Assembly (NCBI GenBank): GCA_964291295.2
Contig: OZ219754.1
Coordinates: 2,816,001-2,880,000, forward strand
Direction of reading: 5' to 3'
Length of the DNA: 64,000 bases
Source: an uncultured Candidatus Binatia bacterium
GTDB taxonomy: Bacteria; Desulfobacterota; Binatia; UBA9968; JAJDTQ01
The translations under genes and the position numbers were made by a program. Below, in pieces: positions 59,183 to 64,000 of this stretch (its first letter is position 1; every line of letters begins with the position of its first letter). The notes beneath the pieces are model-generated. The model worked only from the letters and a program-made list of their open reading frames with translations, was not told the DNA's origin and made no database searches.

Positions 59183-61015
59183 TCAGCGCTGTTTCAGCAT
59201 GTCGTCCAGCAACTCCGCGTAACGCTCCATCACGGTCCGCCGCTTGAGCTTCAGGCTCGGAGTCAGCTCTCCGGTGTCCGTGGAAAAGTCCGCCGGCAGG
59301 ATGCGGAAGTCGCGCACCGCCTCGAAGGCCGCCAGTTCCTTGTTGCGCTCGTGAATCCGTTGCCTGACGTACGCCGTGAGCCGGGAGTCCGCCGCCGCCT
59401 CCTCGACGCCTTCCCATCGCAAGCCCTCCTTCTCCCCCCAACGGCGAACTTCCTCGGGGTCCAGCGTGATCAACGCCACCAGGTGGCTGCTCCTGTCGCC
59501 CCACACCATGACCTGACTGACCAGCGGCTCCTGCCGCAGATGGTTCTCTATCATCTGCGGCGCCACGTTCTTGCCGCCGGAGGTCACGATCAGGTCTTTC
59601 TTGCGGTCGGTGATGCGCAGAAAACCGCCATCCTCGATCCGCCCGACATCGCCGGTGTGGAACCACCCGTCCTCGCCGATCACGTCCCGGGTGGCGGCGG
59701 GATCCTTGTAATACCCCTTCATGATGTTGGCGCCGCGGATCAGGATCTCGCCATCGCCGTTGATGCGGCACTCCACGCCGTCCAGGGGCAGGCCCACCGT
59801 GCCCACCCGATAGCGGTCCAGCCGGTTCACGTGGGTAACCGTGGAGGTCTCCGTGAGCCCATACCCCTCGACGATCCACACCCCCAGCCCCTGGAAGAAG
59901 TCCGCGATGGGTTCCGACAGCGGCGCACCACCCGAGATGGCCAGACGCAGCCGGCCGCCCATGCCTTGCCTGACCTTTGAAAGCACCAGGGAGTCCGCGA
60001 GCCGGTGGCGAAGCCGCAGCCACGGTCCGCAACGCTCGCCCTTCCTGGCCCGCCGGTTGTACCGCCCGCCCACGCCCACCGCCCAGCCGAAGAGCCTCTG
60101 CCTGAGAGCGCTGCCGCTCTCGACCCGGCTCTGGATGCGCCTGTGGGCATTCTCGTAGACCCGCGGCACGGAGAAGAGAAGCGTGGGCCGAACCGCCTGG
60201 AGATCCGCGGACAGCGTCCCGATGGAGCGCGCGAAAGCGCACACGTATCCTCGCGCCGCCGCCAGAAAGTGCTCCAGGCGGCCGAAGGAATGCGCCAGAG
60301 GAAGGAACTGAAGCGCCACGTCGTCCTCGCTGACGGGCATGGCGGCGAGGGACGAAGCGATGGTGAACAGATAGTGGCCGTGGGTCGTGACCACGCCCTT
60401 GGGTTCACCGGTGGTACCCGAGGTGTAGATGATGGTCAGGTCGTCGTCGGGCTCCAGCACCGCCGCCCGTTCCCGGAACCGTCCCGGATGCGCGCGCCCG
60501 TAGTCCCGCCCCATGGCCTTCAACCGCTCCAACGAGACGACGTCCGCCGCCATGCCGGAAGACTCGTCGGGCGCCGCATCCAGCACCACGGTGAGGGTCA
60601 CCCGCGGCATCGCCGGCGCCGCGGCGCGCAGCCTTTCCAAAGCCGCGCGGGAGTCCACCACCAGACCCACCGATTCGGAATGTTCCACGATGTGGTGTGC
60701 CTGCGCCGGCGTGCTGGAGGGATACAGGGGTACGGTCAGGGCACCGATGCAGATGTTTGCCCAGTCCAGCAGGCACCACTCGACCCGGTTGGCGGCGTAC
60801 AGGGCCACGCGGTCGCCCTTCCGGATCCCCGCCGCGGCCAGCCCCAGGGCCAACGCCTCGACCTCGGTGGCCACCTCGCTCCAGCTCTGGCCGCGCCACC
60901 GGCCGTCGCGCCAGAAACGGTACAGGAGCCGGTCCCGCCGGGCGTCCGCCTGGGACAGAAAGAGCTGGGCCAGGCTCCGATACGGCGTGCCGGCATCATG
61001 ACACAGGGGGCTCAA
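59183..61015 (-). CDS. Long-chain fatty acid-CoA ligase (AMP-dependent)
   Basis: IYTSGTTGEPKG, FLPLAH, EGYGLTE, HTGD, DRKKD, TPSLK. TTG 61015 follows a GGAGGG RBS just after the DegT stop. Confidence 0.93.
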   Translation of the reverse strand: MSPLCHDAGTPYRSLAQLFLSQADARRDRLLYRFWRDGRWRGQSWSEVATEVEALALGLAAAGIRKGDRVALYAANRVEWCLLDWANICIGALTVPLYPSSTPAQAHHIVEHSESVGLVVDSRAALERLRAAAPAMPRVTLTVVLDAAPDESSGMAADVVSLERLKAMGRDYGRAHPGRFRERAAVLEPDDDLTIIYTSGTTGEPKGVVTTHGHYLFTIASSLAAMPVSEDDVALQFLPLAHSFGRLEHFLAAARGYVCAFARSIGTLSADLQAVRPTLLFSVPRVYENAHRRIQSRVESGSALRQRLFGWAVGVGGRYNRRARKGERCGPWLRLRHRLADSLVLSKVRQGMGGRLRLAISGGAPLSEPIADFFQGLGVWIVEGYGLTETSTVTHVNRLDRYRVGTVGLPLDGVECRINGDGEILIRGANIMKGYYKDPAATRDVIGEDGWFHTGDVGRIEDGGFLRITDRKKDLIVTSGGKNVAPQMIENHLRQEPLVSQVMVWGDRSSHLVALITLDPEEVRRWGEKEGLRWEGVEEAAADSRLTAYVRQRIHERNKELAAFEAVRDFRILPADFSTDTGELTPSLKLKRRTVMERYAELLDDMLKQR

Positions 61016-61016
61016 G

Positions 61017-62159
61017 TCATCTCCCTCCAGCCTCGACGGGGCCGGGTCCATCCTCGAAGCATCCGTCGATCTGGGCACAGACGTACCGCTGCTGCGCCCA
61101 CGTCATCTCGGGATAGACGGGCAAGGCCAGCGAGGTTCGCGACGCCGCCTCGGCCTCCGGACAGTCCCCCCGACGGTAGTCGAGCGATTCGAAGCACTCC
61201 TGGAGGTGCAGCGGCAAGGGATAGTATATTTCCGTCGCCACGCGGCGCGCTTCCAGAAACGACCGCAGCCGGTCCCGCTCCGACGAACGGATGACGAACT
61301 GGTTGTAGACATGGCCGGGGTTGTCCTGGGGAAGGACAACCCGCTCCGCCGATACCGCCCTGGCCAGGAGTTCCCGGTACCGCCGGGCGTTTTCCCGGCG
61401 CGACTCGGACCATTCCCGGACGTGTCTCAGCTTGACGCGCAGCACCGCGGCCTGAAGGCTGTCGAGTCTGAAGTTTCCGCCCACCAGCCTGTGGTGATAC
61501 TTGGGCGACTCGCCGTGAACCCGCAGCATGCGGATCCGCCGGGCCAGCTCTTCGTCGTCGGTGATCACCATCCCGCCATCGCCAAAGGCTCCAAGGTTCT
61601 TGCTGGGATAGAAGGAGAAGCAGCCCACGTCGCCGATGGTGCCCGCCGCCCGGCCCCGGGCATCGGTGCCGCCGAAGGACTGCGCGGCATCCTCGACCAC
61701 CGCCACCCGCGCACCCTCGGCCAACTCCTTCAGGGGGTCGAGGTCCATGCAGCGGCCGAACAGATGGACGGGCATGATGGCCCGGGTCCGGGGGCTCATG
61801 CGCGCCGCCACGGCCGCGGGATCCATGTTGAAAGTATGGGGCTCGATGTCCACGAACACCGGCCGCGCGCCCACTCGCGCGACCACGCCGGCGGTGGCGA
61901 CGAACGAGTAGGCCGACGTGATGACCTCGTGGCCCGGACCGATCTCCAGGGCCATGAGCGAAGCCAGCAACGCGTCGGTGCCGGACGAGACGCCGATGGC
62001 GAACCGCGCGCCGGCATGGGCGGCGATCTCCCGCTCCAACGCCTCCACCTCCGGGCCCAGGATGAATCTCTGTGACGCGCAGACTCTCAGGACCGCTTCC
62101 TGAACCTCCTCGCGAATGGTCTCGAACTGGGCTTTCAGGTCCAGCAATGGCAATTTCAT
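61017..62159 (-). CDS. DegT/DnrJ PLP sugar aminotransferase (GnnB/WbpE-like)
   Basis: SSGTDAL, PVHLFG, EDAAQ, SFYPSKNLG..GDGG. Confidence 0.92.
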   Translation of the reverse strand: MKLPLLDLKAQFETIREEVQEAVLRVCASQRFILGPEVEALEREIAAHAGARFAIGVSSGTDALLASLMALEIGPGHEVITSAYSFVATAGVVARVGARPVFVDIEPHTFNMDPAAVAARMSPRTRAIMPVHLFGRCMDLDPLKELAEGARVAVVEDAAQSFGGTDARGRAAGTIGDVGCFSFYPSKNLGAFGDGGMVITDDEELARRIRMLRVHGESPKYHHRLVGGNFRLDSLQAAVLRVKLRHVREWSESRRENARRYRELLARAVSAERVVLPQDNPGHVYNQFVIRSSERDRLRSFLEARRVATEIYYPLPLHLQECFESLDYRRGDCPEAEAASRTSLALPVYPEMTWAQQRYVCAQIDGCFEDGPGPVEAGGR

Positions 62160-62261
62160 GGGATTCGTCCGCCCGCCTCCTGTCCCGTTGATGCGGCAAT
62201 CGGCAGTTGATACAGAAGCAGGGAACGGTGCCGCAAGCAGGTTCCCCCAGCGAAGGTTGAC

Positions 62262-62915
62262 ATGGCACGAATACTCGGTCTGACCGGCGGCATCGCCACC
62301 GGAAAAAGCACGGTCTCAACCATCCTGAGCGACCGCGCCGCCATCGTCGATGCGGATCGGCTGGCGCGGGAGGTGGTGGAGCCGGGGCAGGAAGCCTGGC
62401 GGGAGATCGTCGGGCTGTTCGGCCACCAGGTACTCCGGGACGACGAGACCCTTGATCGTTCGTGCCTCCGCCGCCTGATCTTTCAGGACCCCGCGAGCCG
62501 CAGGCGCCTGGAGGCCATCACCCATCCGCGAATTCGGGCGCTGGCACGGAAGCGCATCGTCGAGGGTTCCCGCGACGCCGCGTTCGTCATCTACGACGCG
62601 CCGCTCCTGTTCGAGGCCAGGATACATCACTGGCTGCGTCCCGTCATGCTGGTGGCCTGTGCACCCCATATTCAGTCGGAGCGCCTCCGTCAACGGGACG
62701 GCCTCGACGCCGCCGCCATCGAACGCCACCTGACGGCACAGATGCCGCTGGCCGAGAAGCGCCGGCTTGCCGATTTCGTCGTCGAGAACGACGGCTCCCT
62801 GGCGGACCTCGAGGAAGCCGTGGCGGAAGTGTGGAAGGCCGTCGTGGCTACTTCACCCGCTCGATATATCTTCCTTCGGACGGATCCACCCGAATCCGGT
62901 CACCGGTCTGGATGA
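62262..62915 (+). CDS. coaE: Dephospho-CoA kinase
   Basis: GLTGGIATGKS, DAD, LEAITHP, PLLFE. Confidence 0.95.
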   Translation: MARILGLTGGIATGKSTVSTILSDRAAIVDADRLAREVVEPGQEAWREIVGLFGHQVLRDDETLDRSCLRRLIFQDPASRRRLEAITHPRIRALARKRIVEGSRDAAFVIYDAPLLFEARIHHWLRPVMLVACAPHIQSERLRQRDGLDAAAIERHLTAQMPLAEKRRLADFVVENDGSLADLEEAVAEVWKAVVATSPARYIFLRTDPPESGHRSG

Positions 62916-63408
62916 ACGGCGGAACCTGGACCGTCACCCCGGTCTCCAGCCGGGCGGGCTTGTAGGACGCCGAGGCGGTGGCGCCCTTCATGGAGGGTTC
63001 GGTCTCCACCACTTCCAGTTCCACCGCCGCGGCGAGGCTCACCCCCACCGGACTTCCCTCGAACAGCTCCACGTTCACCATCTGCGTGGGCAGAAGGTAC
63101 CGCAGGATGTCGCCCACCTCCTCGGACGAGAGCTCCGATTGCTCGTAACTCTCGGTATCCATGAACGTATGACGGTCATCCTCGGCGTAGAGATACTGCA
63201 TTTCGCGGCTCTCCAGGGTGGCCCGGTCGATCTTGTCCTCGGAACGGAACTTGTGCTCGGTGCCGGCCCCGGTCCTGAGATTCCTGAGCTTCGTCTGCAT
63301 GAAGCCGTGGCCCTTGCCGGGCGTGAGATGCTTGACCGCGGTCACCCGGTAGAGCCCGCCCTCATGAAGGATGGTCATTCCCGTCCGAAGCTGTGTCGCA
63401 TTGATCAT
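62848..63408 (-). CDS. efp: Elongation factor P
   Basis: TPGKG, QYLY, FMD...YEQ, KGATA, KPA.LETG..V.VP.FI. Confidence 0.97.
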   Translation of the reverse strand: MINATQLRTGMTILHEGGLYRVTAVKHLTPGKGHGFMQTKLRNLRTGAGTEHKFRSEDKIDRATLESREMQYLYAEDDRHTFMDTESYEQSELSSEEVGDILRYLLPTQMVNVELFEGSPVGVSLAAAVELEVVETEPSMKGATASASYKPARLETGVTVQVPPFIQTGDRIRVDPSEGRYIERVK

Positions 63409-63504
63409 TGCGTGGCTTGTCCTTTCGTGAAACCCGCCCGCCCGGTGCCGCGTGGGACGCGAGCCCGGTGGTCGCTCGATTCGCCGCCGGCGGCGCGCCT
63501 CTCC

Positions 63505-63849
63505 TCACCCCGGCGGCCACCCCAGCGCCCGCCCTCCCAGGAGATGGAGATGGAGGTGATGGACGCTCTGCCCGGCATCCGGCCCGGTGTTCACCACCAC
63601 GCGGAATCCGCTCGCCGCCACCCCGTGCGTGGCGGCGAGTTGCCCGGCCACCTGCATGGCGTGTCCGAGGGTTGCCTCGTCTTCCGCCCGCAACGCATCG
63701 ACGCCGGCGACATGCCTGCGGGGGATGATCAGGAGATGCACCGGCGCCTCGGGCGCGATGTCCCTGAAAGCGAGCACCGATTCGTCGCGGTAGACGATGT
63801 CTCCGGGAACGTCTCCGCTGGCGATACCGCAGAACAGGCAGTCCTCCAC
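63505..63849 (-). CDS. HIT family nucleotide-binding protein (HinT-like)
   Basis: DCLFC.I, AFRDI.P.AP.H, GQSVHHLHLHLLGGR..WPPG. Confidence 0.95.
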   Translation of the reverse strand: MEDCLFCGIASGDVPGDIVYRDESVLAFRDIAPEAPVHLLIIPRRHVAGVDALRAEDEATLGHAMQVAGQLAATHGVAASGFRVVVNTGPDAGQSVHHLHLHLLGGRALGWPPG

Positions 63850-64000
63850 TATGCGTTCCCCTGGCGCGGGTCGGAGCCGGGACAGAACGCCCGCACCGTA
63901 CCCGCATCCACCGTGAGCGGCACCTTCTGCAGCCAGGCGCCCACACATGGCCCCCAGACGCACTGGCCGGTAGCGGGCTCGTAGAGCGCTCCGTGATTGG
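63849..64000 (-). CDS. Rieske [2Fe-2S] domain protein (3' part only)
   Basis: Hand translation: NHGALYEPATGQCVWGPCVGAWLQKVPL...GNA*; its TAG overlaps the HIT start codon. Confidence 0.8.
   Translation of the reverse strand, partial: NHGALYEPATGQCVWGPCVGAWLQKVPLTVDAGTVRAFCPGSDPRQGNA

Overview
High-GC bacterial core-genome window with Deltaproteobacteria-like gene order (possibly Binatota; this is inference from synteny only). It contains rmuC (partial), an M48 peptidase, rpiA, a ~1720-aa exonuclease-RecQ-UvrD fusion, two RRM RNA-binding proteins, a stand-alone infA, and a ~22-kb co-directional minus-strand run: rrf2-sufBCDSU-sufT-lysS-lolC/E-lolD-bamA-skp-lpxD-fabZ-[lpxA remnant]-lpxI-gnnA-like-lpxB-msbA-waaA-lpxK-kdkA. 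Further on are def, aspS, hisS, comEC, uvrBC, lhgO, a gamma-CA-like gene, DUF1844-degP-mrcB-TPR-tsaD-rsmA-mutM, cysK, tRNA-Glu, carD-ispD, rimI, an unusual ferredoxin-membrane-HSP20-like fusion, tRNA-Cys, a DegT aminotransferase with an acyl-CoA ligase, coaE, efp, a HIT protein and a partial Rieske protein. The most striking observation is that lpxA survives only as a frameshifted C-terminal relic, while every other lipid A/Kdo gene in the cluster looks intact. I found no CRISPR array, rRNA, integrase or transposase. All calls come from reading motifs by eye; no searches were run.
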